IMG/VR virus record: IMGVR_UViG_3300047550_003635
Source of the DNA: a virus
DNA: 64,000 nt
Strand: one strand, 5' to 3'
The translations under genes were made by a program, and so were the position numbers. The notes below the pieces were generated by a model. It made no database searches. It was given only the letters and a program-made list of their open reading frames with translations, and was not told the origin of the DNA. Below, one piece after another: positions 50,802 to 60,769 of this stretch (within the stretch, counting starts at the first letter, position 1; every line of letters starts with the position of its first letter).

Positions 50802-51536
50802 ATGTTTTTTATAGATAATCGTGTTCGTAGAAATGTTTTAGTTTCTACTGACCACGGAATGATGCTTGTAAACAGATTTGATTGTAATCATGAACAAGTT
50901 GGTCATGGTCAATGGCTATTAGACCATGGTAGCGCATCATCAGTTGAAGCGCAAGAGACTGTTTCATGTTTACAAAATATTTCAAGTCCTGTAATATTTG
51001 ATGTGGGTTCAAATATAGGAACATATTCAACATGGCTTACAAAAATATTACCGCAAAGCAAAATATATTGTTTTGAACCACAACGAATAGTTTTTCAAAT
51101 GTTATGTGCAAATATGATGTTAAATAATTTCGATAATTGTTTTGCACATAACATAGCAATTGGAAATAAAGATGATTTTATCGTTATTGACGAACCTGAT
51201 TATGAAAAGCCAGAAGATTTTGGTATTTTTAGTTTGGTTGAAGATAAAATTTTTAATAAATCAAATAAAAAAACAGTAATACCTATAATGAAAATTGATA
51301 CGTTTATTGAAACATATCATATTGAAAAATTAAATTTTATAAAAATAGATGTTGAAGGTATGGATATGGATGTTTTAAAAGGCGCACAAAAAACAATTCA
51401 AAAATATAATCCATTTATATTCATTGAACACTCAGACAATAGAAAATCAATATTAAATGAAATAACTGATTATTTGAGTTTAACTAAGTATGAATTTAAA
51501 GTAATTGGGAATAACGTTTTAGCAAAACCTAAATGA
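50802..51536 (+). CDS. FkbM-family methyltransferase
   Basis: DVGSNIG, FEPQ, IKIDVEG.D..VL.GA. Confidence 0.9.
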   Translation: MFFIDNRVRRNVLVSTDHGMMLVNRFDCNHEQVGHGQWLLDHGSASSVEAQETVSCLQNISSPVIFDVGSNIGTYSTWLTKILPQSKIYCFEPQRIVFQMLCANMMLNNFDNCFAHNIAIGNKDDFIVIDEPDYEKPEDFGIFSLVEDKIFNKSNKKTVIPIMKIDTFIETYHIEKLNFIKIDVEGMDMDVLKGAQKTIQKYNPFIFIEHSDNRKSILNEITDYLSLTKYEFKVIGNNVLAKPK

Positions 51537-51546
51537 TGGAGATATA

Positions 51547-52155
51547 ATGATACCAGAACACACAAAATTAAATCTTGGTTGTGGATTTAAAAAATTAAAT
51601 GACCATTGGAATGTTGATGTTGAATCGAAATGTAATCCAGATGAAGTTGTTGATTTAGAAGTGACACCATGGCCATGGGCAGATAATTTTTTCGACAAAA
51701 TAAATGCTGATAATATTCTTGAGCATTTAGGGCAAAATCCAAAAGTATTTACTAATATAATGAAAGAAATGTATCGTATTAGTAAAGATGGTGCAACATG
51801 GTTTATAAATGTTCCTCATCATCGTTGTGATTTATACTGGGATGATTATACTCATGTAAGAATTTTGACACCAAAAACATTTAAAATGTTTGACCAAAAA
51901 ACAAATGTCGAATCGATTAAAAAGAAATTAAGTGATAGCGTTTTTGGTCTTGTTCATGATATTGATATTGAAGTTACTGATGTTTCATATAACATCGTAA
52001 ATTATTGGTTAAATCAGCAAGAAGATGGTATGCTTGCACCAAAACAATTAGACATAAATTTAAATACGCTGGCAAACGTTGCTGAATCTGTAAATATTTT
52101 TATTACTGTTCACAAACCAGGTAGACATTCTTCATTTTTACAGACTGGAAATTAA
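51547..52155 (+). CDS. class I SAM-dependent methyltransferase
   Basis: KLNLGCG, N.D, DL...PWPW, LEHL, E.YRI.K.G, DD.TH. Confidence 0.85.
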   Translation: MIPEHTKLNLGCGFKKLNDHWNVDVESKCNPDEVVDLEVTPWPWADNFFDKINADNILEHLGQNPKVFTNIMKEMYRISKDGATWFINVPHHRCDLYWDDYTHVRILTPKTFKMFDQKTNVESIKKKLSDSVFGLVHDIDIEVTDVSYNIVNYWLNQQEDGMLAPKQLDINLNTLANVAESVNIFITVHKPGRHSSFLQTGN

Positions 52156-52156
52156 T

Positions 52157-53014
52157 ATGGCTATAAAAATTTTAATTATGGGTTTGCCTGGTTCAGGTAA
52201 AACAATCATGGCACAAGCATTAAAAAAGTATATTGAGAATAATCTATCATTCACAAATATGCCTGCTAATAAGTTACTGTCATTATCAGAATCATTTCCA
52301 TTAGAATATAAACCTAAAGTTAAATGGTTCAACGCAGATGATATTCGTAAAGAATATAATGATTGGGATTTTAGTAAAGAGGGAAGAATCAGACAAAGTT
52401 TAAGAATGGCAAAATTTGCTATAGAAAGTCTAGCAGATTATGCAATATGTGATTTTGTTGCGCCTTTAGGAGAAATGCGTAATAATTTTAAAGCGGACTG
52501 GACTATTTGGATGGATACCATTGATGAAGGACGATTTGAGGATACTAATAAAATGTTTGTTCCACCCACTGTTTATGATTTTCGTATAACCGAAAAAAAT
52601 GCTGATTTTTGGGCAAAATATGTTGGTGATAGAATCATTGCAGAAAAAAGACGACCTATATTTAATTGGCAAAAAGAAACTGTCCAAATGTTAGGTAGAT
52701 GGCAACCATGGCATAAAGGTCATCGTGCATTATTTGAGCGAGCAGTTGCTAAAACAGGTCAAGTTGTGATACAGATTCGTGATTGTCAAGGATGGAATAA
52801 ATCAAATCCATTTTCAATTGAACATGTAAAAAACATTATTAGAAAAGATTTGGACCCATTATATCAAGGACAATATGAAATTCAAATTGTTCCTAACATA
52901 GTCAATATAACTTATGGACGTGATGTTGGATATAAAATTGAGCAAGAAGTTTTTGATGAAGAAATACACAGTATATCAGCAACGCAAATTCGGAAAGAGA
53001 TGGGATTATCGTGA
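52157..53014 (+). CDS. adenylylsulfate-kinase-like P-loop domain fused to HxGH nucleotidyltransferase
   Basis: GLPGSGKT, NAD.IR...DWDFS.EGR.RQ; C-terminal GRWQPWHKGH and ISATQIR. Confidence 0.8.
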   Translation: MAIKILIMGLPGSGKTIMAQALKKYIENNLSFTNMPANKLLSLSESFPLEYKPKVKWFNADDIRKEYNDWDFSKEGRIRQSLRMAKFAIESLADYAICDFVAPLGEMRNNFKADWTIWMDTIDEGRFEDTNKMFVPPTVYDFRITEKNADFWAKYVGDRIIAEKRRPIFNWQKETVQMLGRWQPWHKGHRALFERAVAKTGQVVIQIRDCQGWNKSNPFSIEHVKNIIRKDLDPLYQGQYEIQIVPNIVNITYGRDVGYKIEQEVFDEEIHSISATQIRKEMGLS

Positions 53015-53063
53015 TTTTTCTTTTGACTAAATAGTAAGATTACTAATAAGTCAAGAGGTTTTG

Positions 53064-54020
53064 ATGGCTATCCCAACCACAAGAAAAGAATTCAAAGACT
53101 ACTGTTTGCGTCGTTTAGGTCATCCAGTTGTTCAAATCAACGTTGATGATGACCAAGTAGAAGATAGAATTGACGATGCTTTAGCATTTTTTCATGACTA
53201 TCATTTTGATGGTTGCGAAAAAATCTATATGAAGCATAAATTTACGCAAGCGGATATTGATAGACGTTGGATTTATGTGCCAGACCCAGTAATTTTTGTT
53301 ACTGGTGTTTTACCTTTTGACGATTCTAATTCATCAATCAATATGTTTGACTTGCGTTATCAGTTGCGTTTACATGATTTGTATGACTTTACATCAGTTT
53401 CATATGTTTCTTATGAAATCACGATGCAACACATTCGCACATTAAATTTATTATTTTCAGGTACACCACAATTCAGATTTAATCGTCATCAAAATAAACT
53501 ATTTCTTGATATTGATTGGAGTAGAGACCCAGAATCAAATCGTTATGTTATAGTTGAATGTTATCGTAAACTAAATCCTGATGTTATAGATTTAACTGGT
53601 ACCATAACTTCAAACACTTCATCAAATACTGCAACTGGAACTGGAACTAAATTTGACCAAGAATTAGTAGAAAATGATTTTATTACTCTATCCGACGGTC
53701 AAAATGTTCAAGTTAGATACATCAATTCACCTACAGAAATAGTTTTTTCAAATGCTGTTTCGGCAAATGTCTCAAACGTTACTATGCAAAAAGCTGGCGT
53801 TTCTGATGTTTGGAATGATAGATTTTTGAAACAATATGCAACAGCAAAGATTAAAAAACAATGGGGTGAAAATCTTAAAAAGTTTGGTAATATTCAAATG
53901 CCCGGTGGCGTTGTATTGAATGGTAAAGAGATTTGGGACGAAGCTGATGCTGAAATACAAAAAGTTGAAGAAGAAATGCAGAGTATGAACGTTTTACCCG
54001 GTGAATTTTACATGGGTTGA
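53064..54020 (+). CDS. gp13: neck protein gp13
   Basis: YCLRRLG.PV..INVD.DQ..DRID.AL, K.YATA.IK.QWG.NL.KF, PGGV.LNG. Confidence 0.95.
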   Translation: MAIPTTRKEFKDYCLRRLGHPVVQINVDDDQVEDRIDDALAFFHDYHFDGCEKIYMKHKFTQADIDRRWIYVPDPVIFVTGVLPFDDSNSSINMFDLRYQLRLHDLYDFTSVSYVSYEITMQHIRTLNLLFSGTPQFRFNRHQNKLFLDIDWSRDPESNRYVIVECYRKLNPDVIDLTGTITSNTSSNTATGTGTKFDQELVENDFITLSDGQNVQVRYINSPTEIVFSNAVSANVSNVTMQKAGVSDVWNDRFLKQYATAKIKKQWGENLKKFGNIQMPGGVVLNGKEIWDEADAEIQKVEEEMQSMNVLPGEFYMG

Positions 54021-54024
54021 TTAA

Positions 54025-54936
54025 ATGCCAACAAATTTATACATAAACAATTTTCCCGCAAATCAAATAACAAATGAACAACTTTTAGTTGAAGATTTGG
54101 TTATTGAAGCGATGCAATTTTACGGCATGGATGTTTTTTATTTACCAAGGGAAAGTCGTGACCAAATAGATTACATATACGGTGAAGATACTCTAAAAAC
54201 ATATACAAAAGCATACCCAATAGAAATGTATCTTGAAGATGTTACTGGCATGGAAGGTGAGGGAGATTTTGTATCTAAATTTGGTCTAGAAATTCGTGAT
54301 GAAATGACACTTCTAGTATCTCGTCGTAGATTTAAATATGCAACATCTGCTTCAAATCTTTTAAGACCACGTGAGGGTGATTTAATTTATATACCTCTGA
54401 TTCAAAACTTTTTAGAAATAACATTTGTCGAGCATGAAAATAATCAAGCAATGTTTTATACATTAGGTCGAGGCAGAGATGCAAATGTATATGTGTATGC
54501 TTTGAAATTAAAACAATATGTATTTTCGGAAGAAATTATTTCTACTGGTATCTCTGAAATCGATGACCAAATTCGTGACGAATACAAGAGAACACAAATA
54601 ATAATGGATTCTGGAACAGGCAATTATGCTAATGATGAAATAGTATTCCAAAGCGCAGATTTAACTTTAGCAAATGCATCAGCACGAGGTTATGTTTATT
54701 CTTGGACACCATCAACGAAAAATCTTACAATTTATTCGGTGCAAGGAACTTTTGCAAATGCAACTAACATATATGGCAATACAAGTAATGCTGTTTATTC
54801 GGTAGATGGTGGTGGAATAGATGATACTGCAAATGATAATAATGCATTTGAAGATATTGTCGATAATACAAGAATTCAAAGTGAAGCTAATTCTATACTA
54901 GACTTTACAGAAATAAATCCTTTCGGTGAACCTTAA
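54025..54936 (+). CDS. gp14: neck protein gp14
   Basis: EQ.L.EDL..E....YG, SKFGLE.RD, RPREGDLIY, FVEHE, NPFGE. Confidence 0.95.
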   Translation: MPTNLYINNFPANQITNEQLLVEDLVIEAMQFYGMDVFYLPRESRDQIDYIYGEDTLKTYTKAYPIEMYLEDVTGMEGEGDFVSKFGLEIRDEMTLLVSRRRFKYATSASNLLRPREGDLIYIPLIQNFLEITFVEHENNQAMFYTLGRGRDANVYVYALKLKQYVFSEEIISTGISEIDDQIRDEYKRTQIIMDSGTGNYANDEIVFQSADLTLANASARGYVYSWTPSTKNLTIYSVQGTFANATNIYGNTSNAVYSVDGGGIDDTANDNNAFEDIVDNTRIQSEANSILDFTEINPFGEP

Positions 54937-55931
54937 TGTTAAAAAAAACGCATTTTTATAATAGAACGATTAGAAAAGTTGTTGTTGCATTTGGAACAAT
55001 TTTTAATGATATCTATTTGGTAAGATATACTAATGATGGATTAACTGCTAAAGAAAAATTTAAAGTTCCTTTGGCATATGGTGCAAAAGAAAAATGGTTA
55101 ACAAGAATTACTTCAGACCCAACATTAACTAAATCAGTTGCAACAACAGTTCCCAGAATATCATTTGAATTGACATCGTTGGCATATGACCCAAACAGAA
55201 AACAGCAATCAACGATGCAAAATTTTGCGATTTCATCGAACACTTTTAAAAAACAATACGTTCCAACACCATATAATTTTGATTTTTCGCTTTCGATTTA
55301 TGTTAGAAATACTGAAGATGGCACACAAATTTTAGAACAAATATTACCATTTTTCACACCAGATTTTAATGTGACGGTTGATTTTATACCGACAATGGAC
55401 CAAAAATATGATTTACCCATAATTTTAAATTCAGTAAATAGTCAGATTGAATATGAGGGTGATTTTATGAATACCCGACTGATTATTTGGAATTTAGATT
55501 TTACAGTCAAAGGATATATTTGGCCCGCTGTTGTCGATGCTGATATTATTACTCAAGCAAATACAAATTTATATATTGATACGCAAACAAAAACATTACA
55601 AAAAGTTTTTGTCGATTATGCAAATGGAAATGGAACATTTGCTCAATCAGAAACAATTCGCGTTGATGATAGGAATGTAACCGGGTCATTATATTATTTT
55701 AGTAATAATAATTTGGGTATTTTAATTGCCGAAGATTTGAACAAATTATTAGCTGTAGGTGACATAATTACAGGTGATGCAACAAACTCAAAATATACAG
55801 TTACGTCTTTAGATGTATCACCCGTAAAATCTGTTGCGATTGTTACAACACCAGACCCATCAAATTCATTACCTGACGATGAATATGGTTTTTCAGAAAA
55901 TATAACAGAGTATCCAAATACATTAACATGA
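54936..55931 (+). CDS. gp15: tail sheath stabilizer/terminator gp15
   Basis: FY...IRK.V.AFGT.FN, VPL.YG.KEK, PR.SFE, QI.EQILPFF.P. Confidence 0.95.
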   Translation: MLKKTHFYNRTIRKVVVAFGTIFNDIYLVRYTNDGLTAKEKFKVPLAYGAKEKWLTRITSDPTLTKSVATTVPRISFELTSLAYDPNRKQQSTMQNFAISSNTFKKQYVPTPYNFDFSLSIYVRNTEDGTQILEQILPFFTPDFNVTVDFIPTMDQKYDLPIILNSVNSQIEYEGDFMNTRLIIWNLDFTVKGYIWPAVVDADIITQANTNLYIDTQTKTLQKVFVDYANGNGTFAQSETIRVDDRNVTGSLYYFSNNNLGILIAEDLNKLLAVGDIITGDATNSKYTVTSLDVSPVKSVAIVTTPDPSNSLPDDEYGFSENITEYPNTLT

Positions 55932-56335
55932 GTAAATTAAATGACAATTTATCTGATATATTAGATGTTGAACCTATATCAGAATCAGAAATTATTGATG
56001 ATGAAAAAAATTTGCCAATAGAAGTGTCGTCAAGTGTTATTGAAGATGATACTAATTTTGCCAGAACAAATATTAAAGCAATAATTGAAAAAAGCAATAC
56101 TGCACTTGATGATATTTTAAAAGTTGCTAAAGAGTCTGAACACCCAAGAGCATATGAAGTAGCTGCTAATTTTTTAAAAACTGTTTCAGACATGAATAAA
56201 GATTTGCTTGAATTGCAAAAAACGAAAAAAAGTCTTGAACCAAAAAGTGAATCCACAAAAAATATTAATGTAGATAAAGCAGTTTTTATTGGTTCAACAG
56301 CCGAATTGTTAAAACAAATAAGAGAGAGTAAATAA
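55928..56335 (+). CDS. gp16: terminase small subunit gp16
   Basis: SEHPRAYEV, FIGST.EL. Confidence 0.93.
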   Translation: MSKLNDNLSDILDVEPISESEIIDDEKNLPIEVSSSVIEDDTNFARTNIKAIIEKSNTALDDILKVAKESEHPRAYEVAANFLKTVSDMNKDLLELQKTKKSLEPKSESTKNINVDKAVFIGSTAELLKQIRESK

Positions 56336-56773
56336 ATGGAAACATTAATTCAACAGATGAAAGTTATTTTAGCAACAAATTTTGGTCTATATTTGAAATC
56401 ACACAATTATCATTGGAACATTGAGGGTTCTAATTTTCCACAATTTCATGATTTTTTAAATACATTTTATAGTGCTGTATGGGCACAAACAGATTTAATC
56501 GCTGAACATATTAGAATGTTAGATTCATATGCACCGGGTTCATTTACAAGATTTTCAGAACTTTCAGACGTTCAAGAAGAATTGAATGTTCCAAATGCAT
56601 TGACAATGATGAGAAATTTAAAACAAGATAATGATACATTTATTATTCATCTTCGTGCTGGTATTGTTGCTGCTGAAAATGCTGATGAACCAGCAGTTTC
56701 AAATTTTCTTCAAGACCTTTTAGGTGCTCATCAAAAACAAGCATGGATGCTTCGTAGTATTATAAAAGAGTAA
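56336..56773 (+). CDS. dps: Dps/ferritin-like DNA protection protein
   Basis: HNYHWNIEG..F..FH, D..AEHIR, H.K.AWMLRS. Confidence 0.92.
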   Translation: METLIQQMKVILATNFGLYLKSHNYHWNIEGSNFPQFHDFLNTFYSAVWAQTDLIAEHIRMLDSYAPGSFTRFSELSDVQEELNVPNALTMMRNLKQDNDTFIIHLRAGIVAAENADEPAVSNFLQDLLGAHQKQAWMLRSIIKE

Positions 56774-56775
56774 TA

Positions 56776-58410
56776 ATGGAAATTGATGGTTACATGGGGA
56801 ATGCGCGGTTAAAACGCGCAGGTGTTGAGTTATCATTTACCGAAGAACAGACCAAAGAATTCATCAAATGTTCTTTAGACCCAGTTTATTTTATTAAGAC
56901 ATATGTAAAGATTGTCAATGTTGACTTGGGTCTTGTGCCTTTTGATATGTGGCCATTTCAAGAAAAAATGGTTCAAGATTTCCATGCAAATCGTTTCTGT
57001 ATATCAAAAATGCCACGCCAAGTTGGTAAAACAACTACAACAGTTGGCTATATGTTATGGTGTGCATTATTCATTGAAGAATACTCAATAGCCATTCTTG
57101 CCAATAAAGGTTCACTTGCACGTGAGATATTGAGCAGACTTCAAAAAGCATATGAATATTTACCATTATGGCTGCAACAAGGTATCATAACATGGAACAA
57201 AGGTAATATTGAACTTGAAAATGGTTCAAAAGTATTTGCTTATTCAACATCAGCAGCAGGTGTTCGTGGAGGAACTTATAATCTGATATTTATGGATGAG
57301 TTTGCATTCGTTCCACAAAATATTGCTGCTGACTTTTTTCAATCAACATATCCAGTTATATCATCTGGTAAAACATCAAAGGTTATCATTGTTTCAACAC
57401 CAAATGGATTGAATCAGTTTTATAAAATGTGGACTGACGCTATCGAAAAACGCTCAACATATGTACCTATTGAAGTTCATTGGTCAATGGTTCCTGGTCG
57501 TGATGAGAAATGGAAAGAAGAAACGATTCGTAACACAAGTGAAGAACAGTTCCGTGTCGAGTTTGAAACAGAATTTATTGGTTCATCTGCAACACTTATC
57601 TCGGGTGCAAAACTTCGTGCATTAGCATTCCATAATCCAATATCTTCTGTTGAAGGTTTTGATGTCTATGAAGAACCAATCAAAGGGCATAGTTATGTTG
57701 CATCTGTTGATTGTTCAGAGGGTGTTGGACACGATTATTCAACTGTTAATGTTATTGATGTTACACAATTACCGTATCGACAGGTTGCAAAATATCGCAG
57801 CAATAAAGTCGCATTGATGATTTTTCCAACGATTATTTACTCAATATGCGTAAAATACAATCATGCATTCGCGCTGGTCGAAATCAATAATGTCGGTCAA
57901 CAAGTTGTAGATATTCTCCATTTTGATTTGGAGTATGAAAACGTATTTAAGATTGAGATGAATCGTGTCAAAGGGCAAACAATTTCTGGTGGTTTCAAAA
58001 AAGCAGCAAAATTTGGTGTCAGAACAACTAAGTCAGTTAAAAAAATTGGTTGTGCTAACTTAAAAACATTAGTTGAAAATGATAAATTGATTATTAATGA
58101 TTTTGATACTATTGCTGAAATGAACACTTTTGCAAGGGTTCGTGATTCATATGCAGCCGAAGAAGGTAATAATGATGATTTAGTGATGGGGTTAGTTCTA
58201 TTTTCGTGGTTATCAGCACAGACATATTTCCGTGATTCTACAAATATGGACATACGAAAATTGCTTGTGCAAGAGCAAGAAACATGGAATGAAGAAAATT
58301 TGATGCCCGTGGGTATTGTTGATGATGGTCTTAAAGAAGAAGTAACTGTTGATTCACAGAATAATGATATTTGGACTGAGCGTGGCTATACAAATTCTTC
58401 AACTTTCTAA
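56776..58410 (+). CDS. gp17: terminase large subunit gp17
   Basis: PRQVGKTT Walker A, FMDEFAF Walker B, STPNG, D.SEG...DYS, DDLVM. Confidence 0.97.
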   Translation: MEIDGYMGNARLKRAGVELSFTEEQTKEFIKCSLDPVYFIKTYVKIVNVDLGLVPFDMWPFQEKMVQDFHANRFCISKMPRQVGKTTTTVGYMLWCALFIEEYSIAILANKGSLAREILSRLQKAYEYLPLWLQQGIITWNKGNIELENGSKVFAYSTSAAGVRGGTYNLIFMDEFAFVPQNIAADFFQSTYPVISSGKTSKVIIVSTPNGLNQFYKMWTDAIEKRSTYVPIEVHWSMVPGRDEKWKEETIRNTSEEQFRVEFETEFIGSSATLISGAKLRALAFHNPISSVEGFDVYEEPIKGHSYVASVDCSEGVGHDYSTVNVIDVTQLPYRQVAKYRSNKVALMIFPTIIYSICVKYNHAFALVEINNVGQQVVDILHFDLEYENVFKIEMNRVKGQTISGGFKKAAKFGVRTTKSVKKIGCANLKTLVENDKLIINDFDTIAEMNTFARVRDSYAAEEGNNDDLVMGLVLFSWLSAQTYFRDSTNMDIRKLLVQEQETWNEENLMPVGIVDDGLKEEVTVDSQNNDIWTERGYTNSSTF

Positions 58411-58463
58411 AAAACTAAATAGATAATAATTCAAATGAATCCTATAATAATAAGGAGAAATCC

Positions 58464-60146
58464 ATGGCATTTCAGTTATCACCTGGGGTAAATGTATCAG
58501 AAATTGACCTGACTACAGTAGTCCCTTCAGTTGCCACATCTATTGGCGCATTTGCTGGTCCATTTGTTTGGGGACCAGCGGAACAAATTACTACCATTTC
58601 AGACGAAGTTTTGTTAGCTTCTACGTTTGGAAAACCAGATTCAACAAATTATGAATATTGGTTTTCAGCAGCAAACTTCCTATCATATACAAATAATCTT
58701 AAAGTAGTTCGTTCAGTTAATATAGCTTCAACTTTTACTGCAACAGCAAACGGTGCACCAAATGTCTTAATAAAAAATGATAATGATTGGGCAGAAAATT
58801 TTAGTGGTGGTGCAAATACATATGGAACATTTGCTGCTCGTTATCCTGGTGCTATTGGTAACTCATTAAAAGTTTCAGTAGCAGATGCAAATACTTACGG
58901 TAATTGGTCTTTTTCAACATCTTTCACTTCAGCACCAGGAACATCAACCTATGTATCAAATAAAGGTGGTGCAAATGATGAAATTCACATCGTTGTTATT
59001 GATGAAGATGGTTTATTTACTGGTACCAGAAATACTGTCCTTGAAAAATTTGGGTTTGTTTCAAAAGCATCTGATGCAAAAGATGATTCTGGAAACAGTA
59101 ATTATTACAAAAACGTTATTGCATCTAAATCAAAATACATAAATTGGATGTCACATCCGGAAACAGTTTCAGGAAATATCGCATGGGGTTCAGCAGCTAC
59201 AGCAAATACATTTAAGCTATTGACTGCAAATGTTACTGTATCTTTAAGTGCTGGTGCAGATGGAACAGTATCCACAGCAAACGTAGTAACTTCTTATGAT
59301 TCGTTTGACCCCGCAGAATCAGTTGACATTTCATTAGTTGTTTCTGGACCAGCAAATCAAACAGTTGCAGATAGTTTGATTTCAATGTGTGAAACACGTA
59401 AAGATTGCGTTGTGTTCTTATCTCCAGAAAAAGCTGACGTTGTTGATAATGGTGGCTCAGAAGTTACCGATACAAGAGCATATCGTGATACACTAACAAG
59501 TTCATCATACGCAGTATTGGATAGTAATTGGAAATATCAATATGACAAATATAACGATGTTTATCGTTGGGTTCCACTAAATGGTGATATAGCAGGTCTA
59601 TGTGCAAGAACAGATTTGGAACGTGACCCATGGTATTCACCAGGTGGATTAAATCGCGGTATTATCAAAAATGTAATTAAATTGGCATATAATCCAACAA
59701 AAACAAATCGTGATGATTTGTATGTAAAAGGTATTAATCCTGTTGTTGCTTTCCCAGGCGAAGGAACTATATTGTTCGGTGATAAAACAATGCAATCTAA
59801 ACCTAGTGCATTTGACCGTATCAATGTTCGTCGTTTGTTTATTGTTCTTGAAAAAGCAATTGCACGTGCTGCACGTTACTCATTGTTTGAATTCAATGAC
59901 CAATTTACAAGAGCGCAGTTTGTATCATTAGTTGAACCATTCTTGCGCGATGTTCAAGGTCGTCGTGGAATTACTGATTATCGTGTTGTTTGTGATGAGA
60001 CAAACAATACTGGTGAAGTAATTGACCGCAATGAATTTGTTGGCGATATTTACATTAAACCTGCTCGTTCAATTAACTTTATCCAACTTAACTTCGTTGC
60101 AGTTCGCACAGGTGTAAGTTTCGATGAAGTTGTTGGGAAATTTTAA
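58464..60146 (+). CDS. gp18: tail sheath protein gp18
   Basis: SPGV...EIDLT, PW.SP.G..RG, FDRINVRRLF, IKPARSINFI.LNF. Confidence 0.97.
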   Translation: MAFQLSPGVNVSEIDLTTVVPSVATSIGAFAGPFVWGPAEQITTISDEVLLASTFGKPDSTNYEYWFSAANFLSYTNNLKVVRSVNIASTFTATANGAPNVLIKNDNDWAENFSGGANTYGTFAARYPGAIGNSLKVSVADANTYGNWSFSTSFTSAPGTSTYVSNKGGANDEIHIVVIDEDGLFTGTRNTVLEKFGFVSKASDAKDDSGNSNYYKNVIASKSKYINWMSHPETVSGNIAWGSAATANTFKLLTANVTVSLSAGADGTVSTANVVTSYDSFDPAESVDISLVVSGPANQTVADSLISMCETRKDCVVFLSPEKADVVDNGGSEVTDTRAYRDTLTSSSYAVLDSNWKYQYDKYNDVYRWVPLNGDIAGLCARTDLERDPWYSPGGLNRGIIKNVIKLAYNPTKTNRDDLYVKGINPVVAFPGEGTILFGDKTMQSKPSAFDRINVRRLFIVLEKAIARAARYSLFEFNDQFTRAQFVSLVEPFLRDVQGRRGITDYRVVCDETNNTGEVIDRNEFVGDIYIKPARSINFIQLNFVAVRTGVSFDEVVGKF

Positions 60147-60173
60147 TAAATAGAGAAAACAGGAGAATATTCA

Positions 60174-60719
60174 ATGGCATTTTCAGTAAACGAGTTTAGA
60201 AGTCAATTAACTGGAGACGGTGCACGTCCCAATTTATTTGAAGTTTCTCTGCCTTTCCCTGCGTTCTCAGCACCAGGAAATGCTCAAACTAAATTTACAT
60301 TCATGTGTAAGACAGCACAATTGCCAGGTTCTACTCTTGGAGTAGTTCCTGTGCAGTATTTTGGTCGTGAACTAAAGTTTGTTGGCAATAGAACTTTTGC
60401 CGATTGGACAGTAACAATAATCAACGATGAAGATTTCGTTATCCGCAATGCTTTTGAGCGTTGGATGAACGGTATCAATAGTCATAATCTTAATGTTCGT
60501 AATCCAGCAGCATTAGCACCTTTGGGTTACACAGTTGACGGTGATGTTACTCAATTTGGTAAAAATGGTAACACTTTGAAAAAATATAAATTTGTTGGTT
60601 TATTCCCAACAGACATTACTCCAATTGATGTTGATTGGGGTTCAAATGATACAATTGAAGAATTTTCTGTTAGCCTATCTTACCAATGGTGGGAATCGGT
60701 AGCAGATGGTGTGGTCTAA
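60174..60719 (+). CDS. gp19: tail tube protein gp19
   Basis: GARPNLFEV, CK.AQLP.S, GR..K..G.RTF..W, IEEF.V. Confidence 0.96.
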   Translation: MAFSVNEFRSQLTGDGARPNLFEVSLPFPAFSAPGNAQTKFTFMCKTAQLPGSTLGVVPVQYFGRELKFVGNRTFADWTVTIINDEDFVIRNAFERWMNGINSHNLNVRNPAALAPLGYTVDGDVTQFGKNGNTLKKYKFVGLFPTDITPIDVDWGSNDTIEEFSVSLSYQWWESVADGVV

Positions 60720-60720
60720 G

Positions 60721-60743
60721 AAAGGGGACTTCGGTCCTCTTTC
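60721..60743 (+). terminator. intrinsic terminator after gp19
   Basis: AAAGGGGAC-TTCG-GTCCTCTTT. Confidence 0.8.
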
Positions 60744-60769
60744 AAAATTTTTTATAGGATGATTTATTA

